Virus record (IMG/VR): IMGVR_UViG_3300042691_022450 | Length of the DNA: 64,000 nucleotides | Direction: 5' to 3' (one strand) | Source: a virus | In this document: positions 23,561 through 34,793 of the stretch, piece after piece | How positions within the stretch are numbered: position 1 is the stretch's first letter | Layout of the letters: each line of letters starts with the position of its first letter | Program-made: the position numbers and the translations under genes | Notes under the pieces: generated by a model | Databases searched by the model: none | What the model was told of the DNA's origin: nothing | Seen by the model: only the letters and a program-made list of their open reading frames with translations

Positions 23561-26500
23561 ATGTCAGAAGTTAAAAGAGTAAAAATCCAATCTTTTATTG
23601 AATCACAAATTCCAGAATTTTTAAATTCTGAATCTCCTCTGTTCAAAGAATTTTTAGAGCAATATTATATTTCACAGGAACATCAGACTGGTGTTACTGA
23701 TTTAACAGTTAATTTACAAAATTATAAAAGCATTGATAATTTTAATAACGAAACATTTTACAGCACAGTTGGAATTTGTACTCTCACTTCTGATGTTGTG
23801 TCTTTTGATGATACGATTCTCGTCAATCATACAATTGGATTTCCCCAAAAATATGGTTTATTGAAAATTGATAATGAAATTATTACATACACGGGAATTA
23901 CAACAAATTCTTTTACTGGTTGTATTCGTGGTTTTTGTGGATTAGATAAAGATAATACAAATGATTTATTTAAATTTTCTTCAACAGATACTTCAGACCA
24001 TACAAAAAATTCACAGGTAATTAATTTAAATATTTTATTTTTTCAGGAATTATTTAAAAAATTCAAAACACAATTTTTACCTGGATTTGAAGATAGACAA
24101 TTTGCAACTGGAATTAATTTACAAACAATATTATCAAGAGCAAAGGATTTTTATACTACAAAAGGAACTGATACTTCATTTAAAATTCTTTTTAGTGTTC
24201 TTTTTAATGAGTCAATATCTGTCATTAAACCACAAGACTATTTAATTTCTCCATCATCAAATGATTATTTGATAACTAAAAATATTTTAGTTGAACAAAT
24301 AATTAGAGATTCCACATTTAAAGTTTCGGATTCTACTTTAAGAAAAGAATTAAAAGGAAAAACAATATTTCAATCAACTTTAGATAATAAAACAGCAAGT
24401 GCATCAATTTATAATGTTGAATATAGACCAATAAATTCTGGAGATTTTATATACAATTCGGTTGGATTTGACGAAACTGCACAAAAAAATTATATCACCA
24501 AGGATTTTTATGAAATTTCTTTAGATCGTACATCATTTATATTAAACTTTGAATCTACTAAGAAAACAAAAGTTTTAGAAAATACATTCAAAAATTCAAC
24601 TTCTATTTTAGTTGATTCTACAATTGGATTTAAAAAATCTGGAACTTTATTGATTAAACCAAAAAATCTTTCAAATCCAATTGTTTTAACATACACCGAT
24701 AAAACAATTAATGAATTTTTAAATGTAAGTGGTCTAACAATTGATTTAGATTATGGTGCAGAAATAATTGAAGAAAATTTCTTATACACATATTTGGATG
24801 ACGGATCAAAAATTGAATTCAGATTGATTAACATTATTAATGATATTGATTATAAAGAAACATCAAATTTAAGAGTAAATGATAAAATACAACTATTTTC
24901 ATTTGGTATTGATTTAAATGACCGAATTGAATTCAATCAATGGATTTATAATGTACCAACAACGCATCTCATAAAATCAGTAGATACAGGTAGAATATAT
25001 TTGTATGAAAACATTAATTTGTCTATTGGAGACCAAGTAGTATTATCTAATCCAGATTTAGTAGATGTACAAAATGTTACAGTAAGTATTGAAGGATTTG
25101 GTTTTAATGCATTTGGACATTTTATTGATACAAAAGGTCCAAATGCAAGCACATTCAAAAAAACACATTTAACAAAAATCATTAATAAAGTTTCTAGTGA
25201 TCAAAATTATTTTCCAAATGTTTCTATTTTTCCATCTTCAATTCAGAATACCTACATTGATTATAATAGTGAAAATTTTTATGTTGCTTCTTCTGGACTC
25301 CCCAATTATGAAATTTATGCAACCGATAGAAAAACATTTGTTTCTGCAAATGTAAGTACGGGTTCAACTACAATTTTAAATTGTTCTAATCACAATTTAT
25401 TTACTGGTGAAAAAATATATTATATTCAAAAATCTGGAAATGTTGGAATTAGAACTTCTGCATATTTTGTAACAAAAGTAAATGACAATCAAGTAAAATT
25501 GTCATATAGTAATTCTGATTTATTCTCAAAAACTTATGTCCCAATAAAAAATAATGTTGATGGTGATTATTTTGTTAAATTTGATTTTCAAAATAAATCA
25601 TTAGGCAATCAAAAATTATTTAAAAAATTTAATTTAGTTAAAAAATTAAATAAATTTTTTACAGATAATGATAAAAGTACTATAGATAAAGCCACTGGGA
25701 TTTTAATCAATGGTGTTGAAATATTTTCACCGACTCTTTATGATGAAAATATTTACTACGGAAAAATTAATTCGGTCATTGTTGAGAGTTCAGGAAAGGA
25801 TTATGATGTTATTAATTTTTCTGGTTTAGAAGTTGATGATATTTATGGCACTGGTGCATCAGTAGAGGCAAATCTATCTGGAAGTCTGGATAAAGTAATA
25901 TTATTAAATCCTGGAATTGGATATCCAAGAAAACCAAAAATTACTTTAGTTGGAGGAAATGGATCAGGAGCAGTTTTAGAGTCAAACTTAGTAAAAACTA
26001 AAATCGTATCAAAATTTAACCCAAGTTCCGCCATCAGCATTGGATCAAGCACAATACAGTTTTTGACTAATCATAATTTTGATGACGGAGAAGAAGTATC
26101 TTATATTAATGATTCTAATGGAAATGTATCACCATTAATAAACAATTCAAATTATTTCGTAGGTATAGTAAGTGCAACACAACTGAAATTATATAAAACT
26201 AAGGAAAATGCATTAGGAAAAAATAGTCCTATTACTTTCACTGGGATTGGTTCAGGAATACACTCTTTAAAAACCTTAAATTCAAAAAATACAATCACAA
26301 AAATTTATGTAAAAGAAAAAGGAAAAAATTATTCAAATAGATCGGTCAAAATACCAAGTGATTTATCATCAAATAACCAAAATAATGGAATAAACACATT
26401 TGATGATTATATTTTTGCAAAAGAACACAATTTTAAAAATGAAGATGTAGTAATATACTCCACAAGTGGCACTTCAATATCTGGATTATCAACTCAAACA

Positions 26501-29500
26501 AATTATTATGTTACTGTAATTGATAGCAATAGATTTAAATTATCAGTTTTTGGATCTTCTGAAAATCAAAGAATTAATTATGATAATAAAAAATATGTTA
26601 GGTTTTCTTCTGTAGGGGTAGGAACTCACATTTTCTCATATCCACCAATTCAAATTGAAATTGAACACGTTTCTGGAATTGCAACTTCACCATCGGCAGA
26701 ACCGATAGTTCTTGGATCAATTGAAAATGTTTTTATCACAAATGATGGAAAAAATTATGGTTCTCCTGATACATTAAATTATCACAGAAAACCTAGAGTT
26801 GGAATTTTCAGTATTCTTTCTGAATGTATTCTAAAACCAGTTTTGTTGAATGGTTCTATTGTTGATGTTCAAATATTAAACTCTGGTAGAGGATACGGGA
26901 AAGACATTGATATAAAGATATTTGGCAAAGGAAAATATGCAGAATTATATCCAATTGTAACAAATGGAAAAATAACAAGTATTAATATTTTGAATTCTGG
27001 TATAGGTTATGATGAAAAGACTACGTTACTTATTCAAAGAAGAGGTTTAGGTGCAAGATTTAGTGCCAATATTTTTGAATGGAAAATTAATCAAGTAGAA
27101 AAAAACAAAAAAATTATTTCACCCAATGATGGGGGTTTAATTGTACCTAGTAAAAACAACGAAACAACACTGGAATTTATTCATTTTTATCCACCAAAAA
27201 ATCTAAGATTTAAAGTTAATAATTTTATTGATAAAGATAATAATGAAATCTTACCAGACAATAATCAAAATCCATATAAAATTTTAGGGTGGGCTTACGA
27301 TGGAAATCCAATTTTTGGACCATATGGAAAAGTTAATGGTGAGTCAAAATTATTACAATCAAGCTATAAACTAAAAAATTCTGGTGAAATCGGAATTTCA
27401 ATTTCAAATCAACTGAGACCCAATTTTGGATCAGGATTTTTTGTACAAGATTATCTTTATGATAGGGGAACTGGAGATTTAGATGAATATAATGGAATGT
27501 TTATTAATGACAAAAATTTACCAAATATTAACTATGGTTACTTTTCAACGATTTCTAATGATGAAAAAGAACCACAGTATCCATATACAGTACCTTTGAA
27601 TTTTAAAGATTTACCAATAGAAGAAAATTTTAATCCGTTATTTAATCAAGATTTTAATTTTGAATCCTTAGATATTGTTAGAAATATTGGACCTTATTAT
27701 TTGAATTCAAGTAATTCTTCTTATGATTTAATTGATAAAATTGATTCAAAATATAAACAAGAATTTATTGTTAAAGATATAAGTTCTTCTGGTATAACTT
27801 CAATTTCTATTTTTGAACCAGGTGATAATTATAAAGTAGGAGAATTAATTAAATTTGACAGTAAATCTTCTGGTGGAAATTCAGTTTCTGCTGAGATTTC
27901 TAGGATAAAAGGAAAAAACGTATCAAATGTACAGGTTGGAATTTTAACATTTACTGATGTAAATTTCATCACAAAGGGTGTTTCAATAAAAGGAATTACA
28001 AATCAACCACATAATCTAATTAGTGATGATGAAATCATTATATCCAATTTGTCATCAAGTGAATTTAATCATTTGGAAGGAACTAAAAAAATATATGTTT
28101 TCCAAAACAGTGCAGGATTAGTAGAAAACCTAGAGAGTCAATCAGTTACTGGAGTGACAACATACGTTAAAGTTACCGATGTATCTGGATTTGAAGTTGA
28201 TAATTTTATAGGAATAGGAACAGAAGTTTTAAAAATAATCAACATTTCTTCAACGGAATCAAAATTATACGTAAATAGATTTGATAATTATTCTGGAATA
28301 CACAGTGTAGGATTTGCAACTGTAACTTTGTTGCCAAATACATTTACATTTTCAACTCAAAAATATGAAGATGATATAGTTGAAAATAAAACTGTTTATT
28401 TCAATCCAAGCAATACGATTGGAATTGGAACAACTGGTTCAATTTATTATAACATAGTCGGATTTCAAACTGCTTTCGGAACTTTAAATGCAACAGGTCT
28501 CAGCACAGTTGGTGTAAATACTACTTTATTGGAAATTGGTGATTATGTATTTGGGACTAATATTCAAAATAACACAACTATAACATCAATTGGGATTGGT
28601 TCAATTACAATAACACCAGACCACACTCTTGGTGGTGGGATATCAACAAATTTATTGACATTTTCAAGGAAAATATACGATAAAACTGTTCCAAGTCGTT
28701 CAATATACATACCAAGTCACAAATTTTATACTGGACAATCTATTACTTATAATGTTGGGTTGGTTGGAAATGGCATTGTGGTTTCTGAAACTGGGACAGG
28801 AACAACATTTAGATTAGCAAACAACCAAACAGTATATACAGTTAATTTAGGAAAAGATTATGTTGGTCTATCTACTTTAGGATTTACTACTAGTACTGGA
28901 ATTGGAACGACACAAAATTCTTTATATTTTAGAAGTCCTATTGAAAATATTGGTTTGGCTCATTCTTTGACAACTCAATATGAAAAAATTAAGGGGAAAG
29001 TAAATAATTATTCAGTAGTCGTTTCAACTTCTCAAACACACGGTTTGCAAACAGGTGACAATATTAAATTTAATTTTGAACAAAGTAACACAAATACTAT
29101 AAAATTAAGATACGACAAAGTAATTAGAAAAATAACTACAGAACTTATTGATTTTGACCCCTTATCGGGAATAAACACACTCACAAATGAAATTAATATT
29201 CCTGGAAATAATTTAAAAACAGGAGATAAGATTGTTTATTATACTAATGACCAAACTTCTGTTGGTGGATTATCTACAAATGCTGTGTATTATGTTTTAA
29301 AACAAAATCCAGATAAAATTAAGTTATCAAGTTATCAATATGATGCTAATGTTGGAATTGCAATTACTTTGACTTCTGTTGGTGCAGGATTAACTCACAA
29401 TTTTGCTCTCGTCAATCCACCAATCAATATTTTAAATGGAAATATAATATCCTTTGATTTAACTGATGGTAGTCTTTCAAATATGGATTTGAGACTATAT

Positions 29501-31951
29501 GCAGATTCCAATTTTAGTAAAGAAATAGAAACATTCAAATATCTTAATTATGACACTAATAGAGTCAAAGAATTGAATACCAAGTTGTCTTTGCCAACTG
29601 AAATCTATTATAATTTAATTTCACTTTCTAAAAATGAAGATGAAAAAAATCAATTGTCTTCAGATAAAGAAGTAAATGGATTCAATAAAATTAAAATAAT
29701 CCCAAATAATATTAACACTTACCATTCTATAATAAAAACAGGAAATTCGCAGTTTAAATTTAATTTAAACGTTATTCCAGAACCACTCACATTTATTTCT
29801 GGATTATCAACATCATACTATGATACTGATTCAAAAAATGTTGTTGGTCCAATATCAAATCTTAGAGTTAATTTTGGAGGAAGAGGATATAAGAAAATTC
29901 CAAAAATTTCTTCAATTACTACAACATCAGGAAAAGGTGCAGCATTAGAAGCAAAATCTTCTACTATTGGAAAAATAGAAAATTTAGAAAGAGTAAAAGA
30001 TGGATTTGATTATCCAAGTGATACTACACTAAAACCTTTTTTAAGTGTTCCTGCTGTTGCTCAAATAGGAGATATTTCAAGAATAGAATATGTTGGTATT
30101 ATAACTGGAGGAAATGGATATAATACTGCACCTACTTTAAAAGTTTTGGGGAATAATAAAATTAAATTATCGGCCAAATTGCAAAGTGGTAGTGTAATTG
30201 GTGTTGATATTGTTGAGAATACTAATGATTTGATAACTCCATTGAGAATTGTACCTATAAGAAATTCCAATGGTTATGAAATTGATAGTGTTGTTGCCTC
30301 CAATGATGGTTCTACTGTAACTTTAGAACTTCTTAATAATTCAGAATTATTTCCACTAATTACAACTGGTTATGGAACAACTGATGTTGTATTTCCATTT
30401 ACTGAAGGTGATGAAATTTTCATAGAAAACTGCAGGCAAGTGGATAGAACTAAAGATAATATAAACTCCAAAGATTATAGTTATAGATTTTTTACGGTAA
30501 CTTCAGTGAGTTCTCAAAATTTTACTGTCACTTTTAGTATGACTGGTGTTAAAGATTCATTGAATTTAAATCAAAATAATGGAGAATCAAATTATGAAAA
30601 TGGATTTGGATATGGTTATGTAGTGAATAAAAAAGATATGGCCGTGTTTGAAATGAATTTGGTTGATGATTTGAGTTATATTTCTGGAGAAAATGTTTTT
30701 GGATATGATAATAGAGGAAATTCAGTATTTTCTGCAAAAGTTGCAGAAAATGGTTGGGATAATGAAATTAACCAATTGAGAATGGTAGATGCAAAAGGAG
30801 AACTAGAAGTTGGAAATAAATTAAAAGGTGAAAAATCACTACTAAATGGAACAGTAAAAGACGTAAATAAATTTAATTTAAAAGCAAATCTAGGTGTCTC
30901 AAGAGATAAAGTAAATGAAAGCAAAAATCAAAGTGGATTTTTGAATGATTATTTACAAAGACTCTCAGATAATTTTTATTATCAAAGATTTTCTTATGCA
31001 ATTAAGAGTCAGATTTCTTATGATAAGTGGAAAGAACCAATCAAATCTCTAATTCATCCATCAGGATTTAAAGAATTTTCCGATTTAGATATTGTGAGTA
31101 TTCCATCTTCAAATGTAAAAGTTGGAATTAGTAGTAATGATTTAAATCTTAGTGTTTTGATGGATAATATCCAGTCACTTTACACTAAAAATAATTTTAC
31201 ATTAGTTTCAGAAGATGATGATAATTTATTTGAAGATGGATCAATTGAAAGAATTAATGTAGGTGCAGAAGAAGGAAATATTGCTGGAGTTGGAACTTTT
31301 GGTCCTATCTTTGGGGTTCCCCTCAAAGAGTATATTTTAAATAAAACAAATAAAGTTTTATTGATGAATGACATCAGTGATCAGTTTGATGGGTCAAATG
31401 ATTACATTTCAATAGGAATTACCACAGCAACATTTAATGCTCTAAATCAATATTATGTTGGAATTTCCACAGAAAATTTAAAAATAGGTGATTATATTGG
31501 AAATTCTGAATTTTTAATTCCAGAGGCAACATTAGTTGATGAAATTGGAATTAACAGTATCAGAATAAATTTACCTCATCGTTTGCAAGTGGGAATTGAT
31601 ACGACTGATGTATCAATTAGAAGAAAATTACCTGGAAATAAAGTCGTAGGTAAAACATCATTTGAACTCACATCTGGAATTAGTTCGGAAAAAGTACCAT
31701 TATATTATCGTGAATTCAATTCTAATTCTTCCCAAATTTTGAATTTAGATAATAATATAATCAATCTAAAGAGTCATAATTTCCAAACTGGTCAAAAAAT
31801 ATTTTACAACAGATCTATTATTGATTCCCAACCAGTTGGATCTGCAACAACTGAAGTTGATAATGCATTTTCATATAATGTTTCTAATAAATTTGATTCA
31901 AATACAATTATGAGACTTGATATGACTATATTCAAGTTTGATTCAAATTAA
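23561..31951 (+). CDS. gp7: Baseplate wedge initiator gp7-like, N-terminal part (2796 aa)
   Basis: Follows gp6. SQIPEF, KDFYTTKGT..SFKILF, GWAYDGNPIFGPYG, DLDEYNG, YYQRFSYAIKS and HPSGFK motifs. Confidence 0.8.
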   Translation: MSEVKRVKIQSFIESQIPEFLNSESPLFKEFLEQYYISQEHQTGVTDLTVNLQNYKSIDNFNNETFYSTVGICTLTSDVVSFDDTILVNHTIGFPQKYGLLKIDNEIITYTGITTNSFTGCIRGFCGLDKDNTNDLFKFSSTDTSDHTKNSQVINLNILFFQELFKKFKTQFLPGFEDRQFATGINLQTILSRAKDFYTTKGTDTSFKILFSVLFNESISVIKPQDYLISPSSNDYLITKNILVEQIIRDSTFKVSDSTLRKELKGKTIFQSTLDNKTASASIYNVEYRPINSGDFIYNSVGFDETAQKNYITKDFYEISLDRTSFILNFESTKKTKVLENTFKNSTSILVDSTIGFKKSGTLLIKPKNLSNPIVLTYTDKTINEFLNVSGLTIDLDYGAEIIEENFLYTYLDDGSKIEFRLINIINDIDYKETSNLRVNDKIQLFSFGIDLNDRIEFNQWIYNVPTTHLIKSVDTGRIYLYENINLSIGDQVVLSNPDLVDVQNVTVSIEGFGFNAFGHFIDTKGPNASTFKKTHLTKIINKVSSDQNYFPNVSIFPSSIQNTYIDYNSENFYVASSGLPNYEIYATDRKTFVSANVSTGSTTILNCSNHNLFTGEKIYYIQKSGNVGIRTSAYFVTKVNDNQVKLSYSNSDLFSKTYVPIKNNVDGDYFVKFDFQNKSLGNQKLFKKFNLVKKLNKFFTDNDKSTIDKATGILINGVEIFSPTLYDENIYYGKINSVIVESSGKDYDVINFSGLEVDDIYGTGASVEANLSGSLDKVILLNPGIGYPRKPKITLVGGNGSGAVLESNLVKTKIVSKFNPSSAISIGSSTIQFLTNHNFDDGEEVSYINDSNGNVSPLINNSNYFVGIVSATQLKLYKTKENALGKNSPITFTGIGSGIHSLKTLNSKNTITKIYVKEKGKNYSNRSVKIPSDLSSNNQNNGINTFDDYIFAKEHNFKNEDVVIYSTSGTSISGLSTQTNYYVTVIDSNRFKLSVFGSSENQRINYDNKKYVRFSSVGVGTHIFSYPPIQIEIEHVSGIATSPSAEPIVLGSIENVFITNDGKNYGSPDTLNYHRKPRVGIFSILSECILKPVLLNGSIVDVQILNSGRGYGKDIDIKIFGKGKYAELYPIVTNGKITSINILNSGIGYDEKTTLLIQRRGLGARFSANIFEWKINQVEKNKKIISPNDGGLIVPSKNNETTLEFIHFYPPKNLRFKVNNFIDKDNNEILPDNNQNPYKILGWAYDGNPIFGPYGKVNGESKLLQSSYKLKNSGEIGISISNQLRPNFGSGFFVQDYLYDRGTGDLDEYNGMFINDKNLPNINYGYFSTISNDEKEPQYPYTVPLNFKDLPIEENFNPLFNQDFNFESLDIVRNIGPYYLNSSNSSYDLIDKIDSKYKQEFIVKDISSSGITSISIFEPGDNYKVGELIKFDSKSSGGNSVSAEISRIKGKNVSNVQVGILTFTDVNFITKGVSIKGITNQPHNLISDDEIIISNLSSSEFNHLEGTKKIYVFQNSAGLVENLESQSVTGVTTYVKVTDVSGFEVDNFIGIGTEVLKIINISSTESKLYVNRFDNYSGIHSVGFATVTLLPNTFTFSTQKYEDDIVENKTVYFNPSNTIGIGTTGSIYYNIVGFQTAFGTLNATGLSTVGVNTTLLEIGDYVFGTNIQNNTTITSIGIGSITITPDHTLGGGISTNLLTFSRKIYDKTVPSRSIYIPSHKFYTGQSITYNVGLVGNGIVVSETGTGTTFRLANNQTVYTVNLGKDYVGLSTLGFTTSTGIGTTQNSLYFRSPIENIGLAHSLTTQYEKIKGKVNNYSVVVSTSQTHGLQTGDNIKFNFEQSNTNTIKLRYDKVIRKITTELIDFDPLSGINTLTNEINIPGNNLKTGDKIVYYTNDQTSVGGLSTNAVYYVLKQNPDKIKLSSYQYDANVGIAITLTSVGAGLTHNFALVNPPINILNGNIISFDLTDGSLSNMDLRLYADSNFSKEIETFKYLNYDTNRVKELNTKLSLPTEIYYNLISLSKNEDEKNQLSSDKEVNGFNKIKIIPNNINTYHSIIKTGNSQFKFNLNVIPEPLTFISGLSTSYYDTDSKNVVGPISNLRVNFGGRGYKKIPKISSITTTSGKGAALEAKSSTIGKIENLERVKDGFDYPSDTTLKPFLSVPAVAQIGDISRIEYVGIITGGNGYNTAPTLKVLGNNKIKLSAKLQSGSVIGVDIVENTNDLITPLRIVPIRNSNGYEIDSVVASNDGSTVTLELLNNSELFPLITTGYGTTDVVFPFTEGDEIFIENCRQVDRTKDNINSKDYSYRFFTVTSVSSQNFTVTFSMTGVKDSLNLNQNNGESNYENGFGYGYVVNKKDMAVFEMNLVDDLSYISGENVFGYDNRGNSVFSAKVAENGWDNEINQLRMVDAKGELEVGNKLKGEKSLLNGTVKDVNKFNLKANLGVSRDKVNESKNQSGFLNDYLQRLSDNFYYQRFSYAIKSQISYDKWKEPIKSLIHPSGFKEFSDLDIVSIPSSNVKVGISSNDLNLSVLMDNIQSLYTKNNFTLVSEDDDNLFEDGSIERINVGAEEGNIAGVGTFGPIFGVPLKEYILNKTNKVLLMNDISDQFDGSNDYISIGITTATFNALNQYYVGISTENLKIGDYIGNSEFLIPEATLVDEIGINSIRINLPHRLQVGIDTTDVSIRRKLPGNKVVGKTSFELTSGISSEKVPLYYREFNSNSSQILNLDNNIINLKSHNFQTGQKIFYNRSIIDSQPVGSATTEVDNAFSYNVSNKFDSNTIMRLDMTIFKFDSN

Positions 31952-31983
31952 ACCATAAATAATCAAAAGAAACACATTACCTA

Positions 31984-33420
31984 ATGGCAAGACTAGGGAT
32001 ATTTACTGGAACTACACCAAACGATGGAACTGGAGATACTTTATCTCAAGGTGCAGTAAAAGTTAATAGTAATTTTAGTGAAATTTATACTGCAATTGGT
32101 GATGGTACTAACATCACCAATACGATTTCTTTTGCGAACACCTCTACTAATGTAGTGGGGGGAATTGCTTCAGTAACAAGTTTAAATGTTTCTGGTGGAA
32201 TTTCTACTGTTGGTTTTTTAACTGCAACTAACATAAATGTTGTTGGAATTGTAACTGCTTCTAGTTTTACAGGAAACTTAACAGGTACAGCAACTACGGC
32301 TAATAACGTAAGTTCTACTATTAACATAAACACCACTGGTATTGTAACTGCTTCTAGTTTTACAGGAAACTTAACAGGAACAGCAACTACCGCATCTAAT
32401 TTACCTTCAAATATAAACATCAATACATCAGGTATTATAACTGCTTCAAGTTTTGTAGGTAACTTAACAGGTACAGCAACTACAGCAGTTGGTTTAGGTA
32501 CAACTTCAAGCATTAACACTACAGGAATTATAACTGCTTCAAGTTTTGTTGGAACACAGTCAATAACAATTGATGGGTCAACATTAATTGGAACAAATAT
32601 ACTTTCACTTTCTGGTGTTTCTAGTGACTTTACAACAGTTGGTTCTCAAACTTTTACCGTTCCAGCAGGAGTTACAAAAATATCAGCAATCGTAATTGCT
32701 GGTGGTGGAGGTGGTGGAGCAGGACAAGGTGGAAATGGAGGTTCTGGGGGTGGAGGGGGTGGTTTAAGATATATTAACGACCATCCAGTTGCACCAGGTC
32801 AAGTATTAAGCATTTCAGTAGGAAATGGTGGAAATGGTGGAAATGGTGGAAATGGCAGTGCTGGTGGCACTTCTGAAATCACTGGGATTGTAACTGCTTA
32901 TGGTGGATCTGGAGGATCAACATCTCAAGGAGGGTCTGCTTTGGGTGGAACTGGAAGTACAATTTCGGGAAATATTGGAGGATCTAATGGTGGCAATGGT
33001 GGAGGTGGAACTTTAACAACTGGTGGTGGTGGAGGTGGTGCAGGAGGATATACTGGAAATGGAGGAGATGGTTCACCTGCAACTGGAAATAATGGAACTG
33101 GAGGTTCTGGAGCAGGTGGAGGAGGTCTCGGGTCTGGTGGAGGTGGAGTTGGATTGCTTGGATTATCATCAAGTGGAACTGGGGCATCAGTTCAGGGAGG
33201 AGGTGGTGGATCTGGTGGTTCTAATGGAACAACTGGGTCAGATGGTCAAAATGGAAGTCCTGGAGGAAACTATGGAGCAGGTGGTGGAGGAGGTGAAAAT
33301 GGTAGTGCCACTCTTGGAGGAAATGGTGCTCAAGGTGCAGTAAGGATATTATGGACTCCAAATTCCAAGTTCTCAAGACTCTATCCATCACATCAAGTTG
33401 GAAACACTATAAATCAATAA
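31984..33420 (+). CDS. Tail fibre-like protein with gp9/gp10-type N-terminus, 31-aa repeats and a glycine-rich C-terminal domain
   Basis: GTTPNDGTGDTL..GAVKVNSNFSEIY; GIVTASSF.GNLTGTATTA repeats; TFTVPAGVT...GGGG...GAQGAVRI. TAAATA at 31956. Confidence 0.8.
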   Translation: MARLGIFTGTTPNDGTGDTLSQGAVKVNSNFSEIYTAIGDGTNITNTISFANTSTNVVGGIASVTSLNVSGGISTVGFLTATNINVVGIVTASSFTGNLTGTATTANNVSSTININTTGIVTASSFTGNLTGTATTASNLPSNININTSGIITASSFVGNLTGTATTAVGLGTTSSINTTGIITASSFVGTQSITIDGSTLIGTNILSLSGVSSDFTTVGSQTFTVPAGVTKISAIVIAGGGGGGAGQGGNGGSGGGGGGLRYINDHPVAPGQVLSISVGNGGNGGNGGNGSAGGTSEITGIVTAYGGSGGSTSQGGSALGGTGSTISGNIGGSNGGNGGGGTLTTGGGGGGAGGYTGNGGDGSPATGNNGTGGSGAGGGGLGSGGGGVGLLGLSSSGTGASVQGGGGGSGGSNGTTGSDGQNGSPGGNYGAGGGGGENGSATLGGNGAQGAVRILWTPNSKFSRLYPSHQVGNTINQ

Positions 33421-33783
33421 AGGTATTAAACAAAAATGGCAAACAACATAGGAGTATTTTTTAATATAAATGATAATGATGGAATACCTTTGGTTGGTGT
33501 TTCCACCGATGGAAGAGTGTTTCTTGATCCTTTTTATGGTAATGTTGGTGTTGGTATAACAAATCCATCAGCAAAACTTCACGTTTTTGGAGATTCTTTA
33601 ATTACTGGAATTGTAACTGCTTCTAGTTTTGTAGGTAACTTAACTGGAACAGCAACTACAGCAGTTGGTTTAGGTACAACATCAAACATTAACACTACAG
33701 GAATTATAACTGCTTCAAGTTTTGTAGGTAACTTAACAGGTACAGCAACTACAGCAACTACAGCAACTACAGCAACTACAGCA
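32245..33783 (+). repeat. 93-bp (31-aa) fibre repeat shared by two adjacent genes, plus 9-bp tandem repeats
   Basis: Units start at 32245, 32338, 32431, 32524 and at 33607, 33700. (GGAAATGGT)x4 at 32821-32856; (ACAGCAACT)x4.7 at 33742-33783. Confidence 0.9.
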
Positions 33784-34725
33784 TCAAATCTCACCAAAAC
33801 TGTAACTGCAGGATCTGGATTAAATGGTGGTGGAACATTAACCTCCAATGTAACTCTTGATGTTAATGTTGGAACTGGCATTACCATTAGTTCTGATTCA
33901 GTCGCACTTAAAAATGGAGATAATTTAACTGATAATAGAATTTTAAAATGGAATGGTGGTAGTGGGCAATTAACTGATAGTATTATTACTGATACTGGAA
34001 CTAATATTGGTATTGGTTCTACACAACCAACATCAAAATTTGAAGTTATTGGTGATGCTTCAATTTCTGGCAATCTTAAACTTAATACTATTGATCTAGG
34101 AAATAATACAGATACTACAATTTCTCGTTCTTCTGCAGGTGTTGTTTTCATTGAAGACCAAGAAGTAGTGACAACCACAAGAGATCAACTATTACAAAAC
34201 AAAACTTATATAATTCCATTCGTTCAAGGTCAAGGAGTGTCTTTAATTAGTGGATCCGAGACTACTTACCAATATTTGTTTCCTGAACTATTCCCATCTA
34301 TTACTTTGAGTGTAGGAACTTATGAAATGTTTGCATATATTATAGCATCAAGAACAATTACCGGTGCTGCTTCTTCGTCATTAAGAATTCGGAATATTGC
34401 AGTATCTTCAGCTGCAACTGGAACATTTACTGGTACATCTACTGGAAGTTCCCCTAGTTTTTCTAATATTTTAAGCCACCATCTTTCCCAGAGCATCACA
34501 GACCCAATGATTATAACACCATCAGGAAATAATAGTGGAAATTATATTTCTAAGATATCTGGAATTTTAAGAATAGGTGTTGCTGGGAACTATATTCCTG
34601 GGTATTCTATGTCAGCAACTATAAACAGTTCCGTGACCTGCGGTAGTTATAATTATATGATACTTAGAAAAATATCTAGTTCTGGATCTATTGTAGCGCA
34701 AGGTGGTTGGGGAGCTATTCCGTAA
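33436..34725 (+). CDS. Tail fibre-like protein
   Basis: GNVGVGITNPSAKLHV, the same 31-aa repeat, AGSGLNGGG and NIGIGSTQP fibre motifs. Confidence 0.8.
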   Translation: MANNIGVFFNINDNDGIPLVGVSTDGRVFLDPFYGNVGVGITNPSAKLHVFGDSLITGIVTASSFVGNLTGTATTAVGLGTTSNINTTGIITASSFVGNLTGTATTATTATTATTASNLTKTVTAGSGLNGGGTLTSNVTLDVNVGTGITISSDSVALKNGDNLTDNRILKWNGGSGQLTDSIITDTGTNIGIGSTQPTSKFEVIGDASISGNLKLNTIDLGNNTDTTISRSSAGVVFIEDQEVVTTTRDQLLQNKTYIIPFVQGQGVSLISGSETTYQYLFPELFPSITLSVGTYEMFAYIIASRTITGAASSSLRIRNIAVSSAATGTFTGTSTGSSPSFSNILSHHLSQSITDPMIITPSGNNSGNYISKISGILRIGVAGNYIPGYSMSATINSSVTCGSYNYMILRKISSSGSIVAQGGWGAIP

Positions 34726-34793
34726 AAAATTATTTTATTAATCTATAGATTGCAACAATAAATATAAAAAGCACTGATTAAGTAAAAATATTA

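Noticed and set aside
32431-33725. Duplicated fibre segment as a diversity-generating retroelement TR/VR pair
   Set aside because: Both copies are mid-gene coding repeats, the differences are mostly synonymous and not confined to adenines of one copy, and no reverse transcriptase is present in the window.
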